Positions 37,943 to 46,840 of a stretch of 64,000 nucleotides of DNA are shown here, piece after piece. A program made the translations under genes and the position numbers. The stretch is from Bacillota bacterium (GTDB taxonomy: Bacteria; Bacillota; Clostridia; Peptostreptococcales; Anaerovoracaceae). The stretch spans positions 14,032 to 78,031 of the forward strand of contig JAFYJM010000002.1 of assembly GCA_017538125.1 (NCBI GenBank), read 5' to 3'. How positions within the stretch are numbered: the first letter of the stretch is position 1; every line of letters starts with the position of its first letter. The notes under the pieces were generated by a model. That model worked only from the letters and a program-made list of their open reading frames with translations. It was not told the origin of the DNA and did no database searches.

Positions 37943-40147
37943 CTAACTCCTTGATCTGAATACCTGGGTGATGCCTTCGATATTCCTTAAAGCTCTCAGA
38001 ATGCGTTCCATTTCCTGAGTCGAGGATATGGACAGCTGGATAGTCATATTCATATTGCCGTCGGAGCCAGCGCGCGCGTTGACACCTGTAAGATGGATGT
38101 CCATGTTCTCGCAGACTTTGGAGATGTCTGAAAGTACTCCCCTCCTGTCCGTACCGAGTATGGTTATCGTGGCCTCGTAGGCTTTGCCTTCCTCGAGGTC
38201 CTCCCATTCAACGTCTATGAATCTTACCTTCTCTTCTTCAGGAAGCGATACTATGTTAGTGCAGTCCTTTCTGTGGACTGAGATGCCTCTTCCCTTCGTT
38301 ATGAAGCCGACGATCTCGTCTCCCGGTACCGGGTTGCAGCACTTAGCCAGCTTGATCATGAGGTTGTCCGCGCCTTCTACTACGATGCCCGGATTGTCCT
38401 TATTCCTCTTCTGGAGCCTGCTCTTCTTGGCTTCCTGAGCCTTGATCTCCTCGATGATCTCCTCGTTTGACTTGGGCAGTTCCTGCTTGTTGTCCTCCTG
38501 ATAGTATCCGATCAGGAGATTGGCGAACTTGCTGACGAGCGATCCTCCCGATGAAAGCTGGACCCAGGCCTCTTCCTGGTTAGCGAACTTGGCATCCCTG
38601 ACGGCTCTCCTGATGTACTGATCCTTCATGAAATCAGATACTTCGAGATTTTTCTTTTTGAAGTATTTCTCTACCAGGTCCTTGCCTTTTTCGATGTTTT
38701 CGTTCTTGTTCTCTCGCTTGAGATACGCGCGTATCTTGTTTCTGGCGTTTGATGACTTGGCTATCTTGAGCCAGTCGATCGACGGTCCGGAGGAATTGGA
38801 TGAGGTCACGATCTCCACGATGTCTCCGTTCTGGAGCACGTAGTCGATCGGTACCATTTTACCGCTGACCTTGGCACCGACGCACTTATATCCGATCTCC
38901 GAGTGGATCTTGAAAGCGAAGTCCAAAGGCGTGGAACCGTTAGGCAGCTCCAGCACCTTGCCCTGGGGCGTGAACACGAATACCTGTGAAGCAAAAAGAT
39001 CCATCTTGACGTTCTCAAGGAAGTCCTTGGGATCCGCCGAATCCTTCTCAAGTTCCAGAGACTGTCTGAGCCATGCCAGTTTGATATCGTCACTGGAAGC
39101 GTCCCCTGAGGTCTTGCCTTCCTTATATTTCCAGTGGGCAGCGATACCGTATTCAGCCACGTGATGCATCTCTCTGGTCCTTATCTGGATCTCGAAAGGA
39201 TCTCCGTTCTCACCTATTACGGTCGTATGTATCGACTGATACATATTCGGTTTCGGCATCGCTATATAGTCTTTGAACCTGCCGGGTATGGGCGTCCACA
39301 TCGTATGGACTATGCCGAGGACAGCGTAGCAGTCCTTGACGGATTCCACGATGATCCTGACTGCGATCAGATCGAAGATCTCATCAATGTCCTTGTGCTG
39401 GATCATCATTTTTTTGTAGATGGAATAATAATGCTTGGCGCGTCCGTAGATCTCATACTTGAATCCCATGTCATCCAGGGATTCCTTGATCTCGGTGATG
39501 ACGTTATTGATGATGGTCTCGCGCTTGGTCTTCATCTGACCGATCTTGACCACGAGTTCTCTGTAATCCTTTGGATGGAGATACTTGAGAGCCAGATCCT
39601 CAAGCTCGAATTTGATAGTGAAGATACCAAGCCTTGCAGCCAGAGGAGCATATATCTCGAGCGTCTCAGTAGCCTTCTCTCTGATCTTGGCGGGAGGCAT
39701 GTACTGGAGTGTCCTCATATTATGCAGCCTGTCGGCCAGTTTGATCACAAGGATCCTGATGTCCTTGGACATGGCCAGGAACATCTTGCGGAAGTTCTCT
39801 GCCTGGATCTCCTCCTTGGACTCGTATTTGATGTTGCCCAGCTTGGTAACTCCGTCCACCAGATTGGCGATCTCCTCGCTGAAATCGGCGGTGAGCTCTT
39901 CTCTGGTGTACTCGGTATCCTCAACCACGTCATGCAAAAGACCACCGATGATAGTGGCTTCATCCATCCCCATATCAGCCAGTATATAAGCTACGTTAAG
40001 GGGATGGATGAGATAAGGCTCTCCGGACCTTCTGACCTGTCCGTCGTGCAGCCTCGCGGCCACGTCGTAAGCCTTCTCTATCATTTCGGTGTTGTAATTA
40101 GGATTTTTGCTGAGTAAATTGTCGATAAACTCTTTCTTGCTGTCCAT
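37943..40147 (-). CDS. relA: Bifunctional (p)ppGpp synthetase/hydrolase (RSH)
   Basis: 734 aa. HD hydrolase motif (HPLNVAYIL...LLHDVVEDT), synthetase domain (YRSLH-like QSIHTTV, EIQIRT), TGS and ACT domains. Confidence 0.94.
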   Translation of the reverse strand: MDSKKEFIDNLLSKNPNYNTEMIEKAYDVAARLHDGQVRRSGEPYLIHPLNVAYILADMGMDEATIIGGLLHDVVEDTEYTREELTADFSEEIANLVDGVTKLGNIKYESKEEIQAENFRKMFLAMSKDIRILVIKLADRLHNMRTLQYMPPAKIREKATETLEIYAPLAARLGIFTIKFELEDLALKYLHPKDYRELVVKIGQMKTKRETIINNVITEIKESLDDMGFKYEIYGRAKHYYSIYKKMMIQHKDIDEIFDLIAVRIIVESVKDCYAVLGIVHTMWTPIPGRFKDYIAMPKPNMYQSIHTTVIGENGDPFEIQIRTREMHHVAEYGIAAHWKYKEGKTSGDASSDDIKLAWLRQSLELEKDSADPKDFLENVKMDLFASQVFVFTPQGKVLELPNGSTPLDFAFKIHSEIGYKCVGAKVSGKMVPIDYVLQNGDIVEIVTSSNSSGPSIDWLKIAKSSNARNKIRAYLKRENKNENIEKGKDLVEKYFKKKNLEVSDFMKDQYIRRAVRDAKFANQEEAWVQLSSGGSLVSKFANLLIGYYQEDNKQELPKSNEEIIEEIKAQEAKKSRLQKRNKDNPGIVVEGADNLMIKLAKCCNPVPGDEIVGFITKGRGISVHRKDCTNIVSLPEEEKVRFIDVEWEDLEEGKAYEATITILGTDRRGVLSDISKVCENMDIHLTGVNARAGSDGNMNMTIQLSISSTQEMERILRALRNIEGITQVFRSRS

Positions 40148-40184
40148 AAATTACCGTCTCTTGCCTGATCAAATCATTTTATCT

Positions 40185-42476
40185 TTATTTGTTTGCTTTG
40201 TTTTTCTTTCTGTCGCTTCTTGAAGCGTTCTTGTTGAATCTTTCGGCCTTCTTATCCGCCTTTGCTTTCTCCTGCTGCTTCAGCATGTACTTGGACATCT
40301 CGTCCTTCTTGTTGAGGTCATAGTACAGAGGAGCGCAGATGAAGATGGATGAATAGCAACCTACGATCACGCCGACCATCAGAGGAATGATGAACTGACT
40401 GATGGCGGAACTTACCATGAGAAGCAGAGGGATCATTACGACCAGAGTCGTGAGTGACGTCATGATCGTTCTGTTCAGAGTCTGGTTGAGTGAATAATCG
40501 ATATTGTCCTCCAGGTTGCCCTTGGAGCGGATCTTTTTGTTGTCGCGGATCCTGTCAAAGATAACGATGGTATCGTTGATGGAGTATCCGACGAGGGTCA
40601 GTATTGCCGCGATGAACGGATTGTTGATGGTGTATCTGAAGATCGCGTAGAAAGCCAGTACCATGAGCACGTCATGAGCTACGCCGACGACAGCACTCAG
40701 GCCATACTTCCATGACTTGAATCTTAGGATGATGTAGATCAGCATGCCTATGGAAGCGATGATGACTGCGGTGACAGCATTCTGTTTGAGTTCCTTACCT
40801 ACTGAAGGTCCGAACTGTTCAGCGCCTACGAGCGCATCATCCTGAAGGTTGTATTTCTCAGCCAGAGCGTTGAATACTTCTGTTCTTCCGGCAGTATCTA
40901 GAGCCTTGATGGTCTTGATCTGTATCTGGGTATTGCCCTCGCCCGCATAGATGATGGTCGGATCAAGGTCAAATGAATCGATGGTGTCTTTTACTTCGCC
41001 TATGTCGACCTGTTCACCCATCTCAACCTGGATGGTGGTACCTCCGGTAAAGTCGATACCGTAGTTCATGCCTCCGAAGAGCGCTACGATAAGACCGATG
41101 ATGATGATGGCTGCAGAAGCGATGTAAAAGATCTTTCTGTTCTTGATGAACTTGAAAGTCTTGTGGATGAACTGCTTGGGCGTGCCATCCTCATTCACTC
41201 CGAAGTATTTGTTCTGGCAGAACTTCTCTGTGCCTGCTACAAGGCTGAGGAAGAGCTGAGAAATGATAACTGCGGTGAAGATACTGAAGACGATACCGAT
41301 CATCAACGTAAGAGCGAAGCCCTTGACCGTAGTCGTACCTACTTCGTAAAGAACGACGGCTGCGATCAGAGTGGTGATCTGAGCGTCAAGTACTGTTACG
41401 AGAGCGCTCTTGAATCCGCTGTCTACAGCGACTCTGATAGACTTGCCCTGAGCTATCTCTTCTTTTATTCTCGAGAAAATGATGACGTTGGCGTCTACGG
41501 CCATACCTATCGAAAGGATGAGAGCCGCAATGCCTGGCAGTGTAAGCACGACGTTAAAGGCTACCATTGCCCAGACGAACATTACCACGTACAGCATCAG
41601 AGCTATATCTGCGATAAGACCCAGAAGACCGTACATGACGATCATCAGGATGAATACGATCAGAAGACCGATGCCGCCTGCAACGATGGATTTCTCAAGC
41701 GCGTTGGCGCCGATCGTAGCAGTCTGGATGGATGACTGGATCTCCTCGAGTTCGATGGGAAGAGCACCGCCTCTGATAAGAGCCGCGGTGGTTGAAGCTT
41801 CTTCCTTTGTGTAGTTGCCGGTGATCTCGCAGCGTCCGCCGGAGATGATGCTGATTACCTGCGGATGTGTGATGATCGTACCGTCGAGCACGATGGCGAT
41901 CTCGTCAGCTTTCATGCCGTCTATCTTGACCTCAGGCTCTTTGTTATATGCCTTTCTGGTTCCTTCTTCGAATAAAGACGCGCCGTCGGAATCAAATTCA
42001 AGGAGGATCTTGTATTTGGCTCCGTCAGTGTCGATCTGAGCGTCTTTGACGTATGAACCGTCAAGTACTTCAGTACCGTCAGCGAGAATAAAAGTCAGCT
42101 GAGCGGTCGTGCCTATCGCCTTGATCGCTTCTTCTGCGTTTGTGACGCCGGGCATCTCTACTCTCAGACGGTTGGTGCCTTCTCTTGTGACAGTTGATTC
42201 GGCCACGCCGAGCTGGTTTACACGATTGTTAAGAACCGCCCTTGTCTGTTCCATGATCTCATTGATCTCTTCATTGGTATAGCCGAGACCGTCGGTCTTA
42301 CCTTCCATTACGACGTAGACGCCGCCGTTGATGTCGAGACCATACTTCAAAGCATTCTTGCCGTTGTAAGGCTTCCCGTCCTCGGTCGTTCCAATACCGA
42401 TGAACGTGGCATAGACGCCGAACAGTAAGACTAAGATCACCAGTACAGAAAGTACGGTTTTAAGTTTTTGACTCAT
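40185..42476 (-). CDS. secDF: Protein translocase subunit SecDF (fused)
   Basis: 763 aa. Two 6-TM RND-like halves with periplasmic P1 domains, GIDFTGGT SecF motif. Confidence 0.92.
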   Translation of the reverse strand: MSQKLKTVLSVLVILVLLFGVYATFIGIGTTEDGKPYNGKNALKYGLDINGGVYVVMEGKTDGLGYTNEEINEIMEQTRAVLNNRVNQLGVAESTVTREGTNRLRVEMPGVTNAEEAIKAIGTTAQLTFILADGTEVLDGSYVKDAQIDTDGAKYKILLEFDSDGASLFEEGTRKAYNKEPEVKIDGMKADEIAIVLDGTIITHPQVISIISGGRCEITGNYTKEEASTTAALIRGGALPIELEEIQSSIQTATIGANALEKSIVAGGIGLLIVFILMIVMYGLLGLIADIALMLYVVMFVWAMVAFNVVLTLPGIAALILSIGMAVDANVIIFSRIKEEIAQGKSIRVAVDSGFKSALVTVLDAQITTLIAAVVLYEVGTTTVKGFALTLMIGIVFSIFTAVIISQLFLSLVAGTEKFCQNKYFGVNEDGTPKQFIHKTFKFIKNRKIFYIASAAIIIIGLIVALFGGMNYGIDFTGGTTIQVEMGEQVDIGEVKDTIDSFDLDPTIIYAGEGNTQIQIKTIKALDTAGRTEVFNALAEKYNLQDDALVGAEQFGPSVGKELKQNAVTAVIIASIGMLIYIILRFKSWKYGLSAVVGVAHDVLMVLAFYAIFRYTINNPFIAAILTLVGYSINDTIVIFDRIRDNKKIRSKGNLEDNIDYSLNQTLNRTIMTSLTTLVVMIPLLLMVSSAISQFIIPLMVGVIVGCYSSIFICAPLYYDLNKKDEMSKYMLKQQEKAKADKKAERFNKNASRSDRKKNKANK

Positions 42477-42600
42477 TTCCTATAACCTCTCAAAACATTA
42501 AGTATTTATCTAAAAATGCCGTTTTTGTTCTTTCCTGTAAATAAGTACATAGTAAGGCATTTTATTTGACAGTATATTATATCAAATCATTTGTCAAAAA

Positions 42601-42635
42601 ACAAGAAAAACTCCTTGATTTTCAAGGAGTTTTTT
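42601..42635 (-). terminator. Intrinsic (bidirectional-looking) terminator after yajC
   Basis: Stem CTCCTTGA/TCAAGGAG (42611-42629) flanked by A5 and T6 tracts. Confidence 0.75.
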
Positions 42636-42656
42636 GCAGATTCGGATCATTTATTC

Positions 42657-43100
42657 TCAAATAAAATCTTCAACCTCTTTTTCTTCGGGTTCTGCCTTCT
42701 CGATTTCTTTGATTTCTTCTTCTCTGGCCTCGAATTCCTCTACGGGATCCTTCCTGAGACGCCTGATGCCCTTCTTGGGAGTCTCTTCTTCTTTGACTTC
42801 CTCATAGGTCTCCCTGGCCTTGCCCGGAGCTTCCTTTGTGACAGATGAAACAGCCCATCTCATCATCTCGAGTTTCAATCTTTCGGAACCTACCTGAATG
42901 ACGATGGTCTCATCCTTAGTCTTAACGATCTTGCCTACGATGCCTCCGATTGTGACGATCTCATCCCCTACCGTAAGACTTCTTCTCATCTCATTGATGG
43001 CTTTGTCTTTCTTTCTCTGAGGTCTGATCATTAAGAAATACATTACTGCGATCAGGATTACCAAAGGTAAAAAGTTTGCTAATGTTGATGCTCCGTTCAT
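42657..43100 (-). CDS. yajC: Preprotein translocase subunit YajC with a roughly 55 aa charged C-terminal extension
   Basis: 147 aa. One TM helix, then MIRPQRKKDKAINEMRRSLTVGDEIVTIGGIVGKIV (YajC core), then a Glu/Lys-rich tail. Confidence 0.85.
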   Translation of the reverse strand: MNGASTLANFLPLVILIAVMYFLMIRPQRKKDKAINEMRRSLTVGDEIVTIGGIVGKIVKTKDETIVIQVGSERLKLEMMRWAVSSVTKEAPGKARETYEEVKEEETPKKGIRRLRKDPVEEFEAREEEIKEIEKAEPEEKEVEDFI

Positions 43101-43141
43101 TTGTTATGTTCCTCCTATAACTGATTGTTGCCTTTACTGTA

Positions 43142-43228
43142 TGGTGCCGGCAGTGGGGGTCGAACCCACACGGTGTCGCCACCACGGGATTTTGAGTCCC
43201 GCACGTCTGCCAATTCCATCATGCCGGC
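43142..43228 (-). tRNA. tRNA-Leu (anticodon CAA), type II with long variable arm, CCA encoded
   Basis: The minus strand reads GCCGGCATGATGGAATTGGCAGACGTGCGGGACTCAAAATCCCGTGGTGGCGACACCGTGTGGGTTCGACCCCCACTGCCGGCACCA.
- Acceptor stem: 7 bp, GCCGGCA/TGCCGGC.
- Anticodon stem-loop: CGGGA-CTCAAAA-TCCCG.
- Variable arm: GGTG-GCGA-CACC.
- T arm: GTGGG-TTCGACC-CCCAC. Confidence 0.92.
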
Positions 43229-43245
43229 CCGATATTAACGCTAAT

Positions 43246-43274
43246 ATTATACCATCAGGCCGTGCAAAAAACAA
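43246..43274 (-). promoter_or_regulatory. Putative promoter TTGTTT-17 nt-(TG)nTATAAT upstream of tRNA-Leu/yajC
   Basis: Minus-strand extended -10 TGGTATAAT (43246-43254) and -35 TTGTTT (43269-43274). The -10 ends about 17 nt before the mature tRNA 5' end. Confidence 0.45.
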
Positions 43275-43294
43275 TGTTTTTTTGACACTTGGAT

Positions 43295-43897
43295 TCAATT
43301 TGTGACGCCCAGTCTGTAGAGATGTCTGTCCAGCTGTTCATACAGCCAATCCTCGTCCAGGGAATTGCTGATGATATAGTCAGCAAGCTTTTCTTTCTCT
43401 GTAGAAGGCATCTGATTGTTTATCCTGTCGATCACCTGTTTCCTGGTCACGCCGTCTCTCCTCATCACTCTGGCGATCCTTGTCTCCGTGCTGGCGTTGA
43501 CGAACCAGGTCTCGTCGCAGAACTGCTCCAGACCGAACTCGAAAAGAAGCGGCGCGTCAAACACAGCTACGCCATCGAAGCCGTCTTCCTTAAGATGCTC
43601 GATTTGAGCGTGGAATTCGTTGATGACCATGGTCACCACAATGTCCTCGAGTTTTTTGCGCTTCTCTTCATCAGAGAATACCTGATAAGCCAGAGCTGTC
43701 CTGTCAAGCGTACCGTCTGAGTTGAAGACTTTAATGCCGAACTCCATAAGTATGGGCTCAAGCGCCGGCCCTCCGGGTCCTGTGACCGCTCTTGATATCT
43801 CGTCTGCGTCTATGATGTAGCAGCCTTTGGATCTAAGGTATGCTGATACCGTGCTCTTACCCGACCCTATGCCGCCTGTCAAACCGATAACTTTCAT
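43295..43897 (-). CDS. coaE: Dephospho-CoA kinase
   Basis: 200 aa. IGLTGGIGSGKSTV P-loop. Downstream of polA as in many Firmicutes. Confidence 0.9.
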   Translation of the reverse strand: MKVIGLTGGIGSGKSTVSAYLRSKGCYIIDADEISRAVTGPGGPALEPILMEFGIKVFNSDGTLDRTALAYQVFSDEEKRKKLEDIVVTMVINEFHAQIEHLKEDGFDGVAVFDAPLLFEFGLEQFCDETWFVNASTETRIARVMRRDGVTRKQVIDRINNQMPSTEKEKLADYIISNSLDEDWLYEQLDRHLYRLGVTN

Positions 43898-43952
43898 ATT
43901 CTGTCCTCTGTATCGTAAGTTTTATTATATTGCTCCCCTCATCTCCGACGGA

Positions 43953-46607
43953 TCATTTCAGGTCGTACCAGTTGTCCGCCGTGTTGAGATCCACCAGGAG
44001 CTTCACTTTGAGTTCCATTGCCTCCTGCATGTTTCTGGTAAGGAGTTCCCTGATCTCATCCAGTTCGTTAATATCAGCCTCAATGATCAATTCATCATGC
44101 ACCTGAAGGATGAGCCTCGATCCTGGATGCTTCTCAGTGAGTTCTGCATGCACCCTGTTCATGGCGATCTTGATGATGTCTGCTGCTGATCCCTGGATAG
44201 GAGTGTTCATGGCCAGTCTCTCTCCGAGCTGGCGCACCATGAAGTTGGACGCTGATATCTCGTTGATCCTCCTCTTCCTGCCGAGGATCGTCTCCGAATA
44301 ACCTCTCTCCTTCGCCAGTCTCACCTGCTCGTCCATGTAGGCCTTCACTCCGGGGTGTTTGTTGAAATACTCTTTGATATAGGCTTCAGCTTCTTTTCTG
44401 GTGACGTTGATCTCCTCAGAAAGTCCGAAGCTGGACATGCCGTAGATCACTCCGAAGTTGACCGCCTTGGCTCTCGAACGGTCGATCGGCCTGACTTCCT
44501 CCAAAGGTATTCCCAGCACTCTCGCTGCAGTCATCCTGTGGATGTCTTCGTTGTTATTGAATGCTTCGATCAAAGCTTCATCGCCCGAAAGATGCGCGAG
44601 CACTCTGAGCTCGATCTGTGAATAGTCAGCGCCTACCAGGATCTTGCCCTCGCCCGCGTGGAAGGCACGGCGGATCTTCCTGCCCAGTTCCTGTCTTACC
44701 GGTATATTCTGAAGGTTTGGTTCAGTGCAGCTGATCCTGCCCGTCTGAGTCACTGTCTGCTGGAAATGACAGTGGATCCTGCCATCATCCGCGATCAGCG
44801 GCTTCATTCCCTCGACGTATGTGGACGCCAGTTTCGTCAGGTTCCTGTATTCAAGTATCTTGTCCACGATGGGATGCTCGTCTCTAATCTTTTCAAGGAC
44901 CTCGGCATTAGTGGAATAGCCGCGCTTGGTCTTCTTGCCGTGAGGCAGTTTAAGCTTCTCGAAAAGTATCTCGCCAAGCTGTATAGTAGACTTGATATTG
45001 AATTCTTCACCGGCCAGCTCGTAGATGTCTTTCTCGAGGGCTTCGCTCTCTTTGGCGAGGTTCTTTCCGAACTCGTCAAGATAATCCCCGTCGCAGATGA
45101 TACCCGCGTCTTCCATAGATGCGAGCACACTGATAAGAGGAAGCTCGCATTCGTAAAACACCCTCTCAAGTCCTTTCTCCCTGAGTTCAGCCTCCTGGGA
45201 GCGCCTTAATGCCCTCGAAAGCCCGGCATAAAGATTGCCCAGACTGATGTTGTAACGGTGCTGTCCGCTGAACATGCTCAGCTGAGCGCCTCCTTCAGGC
45301 ATGTTCTCATAAGGATCGAAACCGAGCCTGTCAAGGCAGACTGATCTTAAGCTGTAGTCTTTTCTGGAAACGTCCAGACAATATTCCGCGATCGAAGTGT
45401 CAAAGGCTACGTCCTTGGTAACTATGCCCAGACGGTACATCGCGTACAAAGTCTCTTTGATATCATGACCGAAGAATCTCATGTCGATCTCGTTAAGTAC
45501 CTCGTTCAGAGCCTCGATGCTCACGAGCCTCAGATCCACATAATAAGCATCCTTAGCCTCAAAAAAGACGCCGTCGACACCCAGAACGCCCACATGTGTT
45601 ATCTCGCCAAAAAGCGTGACGAATACGTCTTTGCCTCTCAGTTCATAGAGATGCCAGAGTTCATGTTGATCCCCGATGACGTACTTCTCACCCTTGAATT
45701 CGAGTTCTTCAGGGCTGAAACCCGCCTTGGCTTCCGTCACGGCATGGCTTCCCAGTCTCTTCAGGAAACTCTTGAACTCCAGTTTTTTGTAGATGGCGGT
45801 CAGCTCTTCATAATCCGGCTCGGTCAGGACCATATCCTCAATGCCGCAGTCCAGCGGAACGTCACGTACTATCGTGGCCAGATGCTTGGAAAGTCTGGCA
45901 AGGTCAGCATTTTCCTCGACCTTCTTTCTCATGGCTGGCTTGGTTATCTCATCAGAATGCTCCAGGACGTTTTCAAGACTTCCGAACTGAGTGAGAAGTT
46001 CTATGCCTCCCTTCTCGCCTATACCCGGAATGCCCGGGATACAGTCGGAACTGTCGCCCATGATGCCTTTGAGATCGATGAACTGCTCTGGAGTGAGGCC
46101 GTAGCGCTCCAGCATCTTCTCCCTGTCATAAAGGTCAAAGTCGGTCACGCCCTTCTTGGTGAAGACGACTTTGGTAATGTCAGACGTGAGCTGCAGCGCG
46201 TCCTTGTCTCCGGTGAAGATCATCGGCTCCATGCCCTGCTCTTCAGCGATCCTAGATACTGTCCCGATGATGTCGTCGGCTTCATAGCCCGGAACTTCCA
46301 GTATCCTGATGTTCAGAGCTTTAAGGATATCCTTTAGGATCGGCATCTCCATGGCCAGTTCGGGCGGCATGGGCTTCCTTCCTGCCTTATAGCCTTCATA
46401 TTCCTTGTGTCTGAACGTGGGATCCTTGAGGTCGAAAGCCACCGCCATATACTCGGGGCTGTAATCGTCTTCGATCTTGTTCAGCATATTGAGAAAGCCA
46501 TAGATACCCTGGGTATAGATGCCTTCCGATGTGATCATCGGTCTCTGCATGGCGTAGAATGCCCGGTTTATGAGACTGTTTCCATCGATAATTACAATTC
46601 TTTTCAT
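43953..46607 (-). CDS. polA: DNA polymerase I
   Basis: 884 aa. 5' nuclease N-terminus (IIDGNSLINRAFYA), polymerase motifs A (LVGADYSQIELRVLAH), B (RSRAKAVNFGVIYG) and C (QVHDEL). Confidence 0.96.
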   Translation of the reverse strand: MKRIVIIDGNSLINRAFYAMQRPMITSEGIYTQGIYGFLNMLNKIEDDYSPEYMAVAFDLKDPTFRHKEYEGYKAGRKPMPPELAMEMPILKDILKALNIRILEVPGYEADDIIGTVSRIAEEQGMEPMIFTGDKDALQLTSDITKVVFTKKGVTDFDLYDREKMLERYGLTPEQFIDLKGIMGDSSDCIPGIPGIGEKGGIELLTQFGSLENVLEHSDEITKPAMRKKVEENADLARLSKHLATIVRDVPLDCGIEDMVLTEPDYEELTAIYKKLEFKSFLKRLGSHAVTEAKAGFSPEELEFKGEKYVIGDQHELWHLYELRGKDVFVTLFGEITHVGVLGVDGVFFEAKDAYYVDLRLVSIEALNEVLNEIDMRFFGHDIKETLYAMYRLGIVTKDVAFDTSIAEYCLDVSRKDYSLRSVCLDRLGFDPYENMPEGGAQLSMFSGQHRYNISLGNLYAGLSRALRRSQEAELREKGLERVFYECELPLISVLASMEDAGIICDGDYLDEFGKNLAKESEALEKDIYELAGEEFNIKSTIQLGEILFEKLKLPHGKKTKRGYSTNAEVLEKIRDEHPIVDKILEYRNLTKLASTYVEGMKPLIADDGRIHCHFQQTVTQTGRISCTEPNLQNIPVRQELGRKIRRAFHAGEGKILVGADYSQIELRVLAHLSGDEALIEAFNNNEDIHRMTAARVLGIPLEEVRPIDRSRAKAVNFGVIYGMSSFGLSEEINVTRKEAEAYIKEYFNKHPGVKAYMDEQVRLAKERGYSETILGRKRRINEISASNFMVRQLGERLAMNTPIQGSAADIIKIAMNRVHAELTEKHPGSRLILQVHDELIIEADINELDEIRELLTRNMQEAMELKVKLLVDLNTADNWYDLK

Positions 46608-46625
46608 GATTCTTTATCGCTTCTT

Positions 46626-46806
46626 AAAAAAATCCCGGAGTACCGTTAAGGATATAAAAGACGCCCTATCTACTGATAGGTGGGTGCTCTGCAGCCAGGT
46701 TTCTGTCTTCCACTCGATGGAGGCCTGACATAATACCTGCCCGACGCGGGCTCCCAAAGCGCATGTGTAGGTTCTTTTATGTTTCCTTAACGAATAGCCC
46801 AGGATA
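46626..46806 (-). ncRNA. Candidate roughly 180 nt structured small RNA (rod-like fold with central asymmetric bubble; 6S-like), U-tract terminated
   Basis: Minus-strand helices read directly from the sequence:
- 46785-46803 pairs with 46634-46651: CGUUAAGG/CCUUAACG perfect, plus about 9 further pairs including 3 G-U pairs that would be C-A mismatches on the plus strand.
- 46773-46780 pairs with 46654-46661: AUAAAAGA/UCUUUUAU, perfect 8 bp.
- 46750-46756 pairs with 46681-46687.
- 46736-46739 pairs with 46696-46699.
- 46727-46730 pairs with 46704-46707.
- Apical hairpin at 46709-46721.
- Side hairpin CCUAUC-AGUA-GAUAGG at 46665-46680.
- The closing stem is followed by AUUUUUUU (46626-46633).
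- A possible -10 TAAATA lies just upstream at 46808-46813. Confidence 0.4.
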
Positions 46807-46840
46807 TTTACTCTGTCATTGCAGTATGATTAACTGCGCC

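Noticed and set aside
37938-38207. 89 aa minus-strand ORF overlapping the 3' end of relA in another frame
   Set aside because: It lies fully inside the relA ACT-domain coding region. Its Arg/Gly/His-rich composition is typical of an out-of-frame reading.
46626-46806. SRP (4.5S/scRNA) RNA, because of a GUCAGGCC...GGAAGACAG stretch resembling the helix 8 GUCAGGUCCGGAAGGAAGCAGC motif
   Set aside because: The GNRA tetraloop is replaced by a 10 nt insert, and the 3' AGCA side of the asymmetric loop that Ffh recognises is missing. The resemblance is probably fortuitous.
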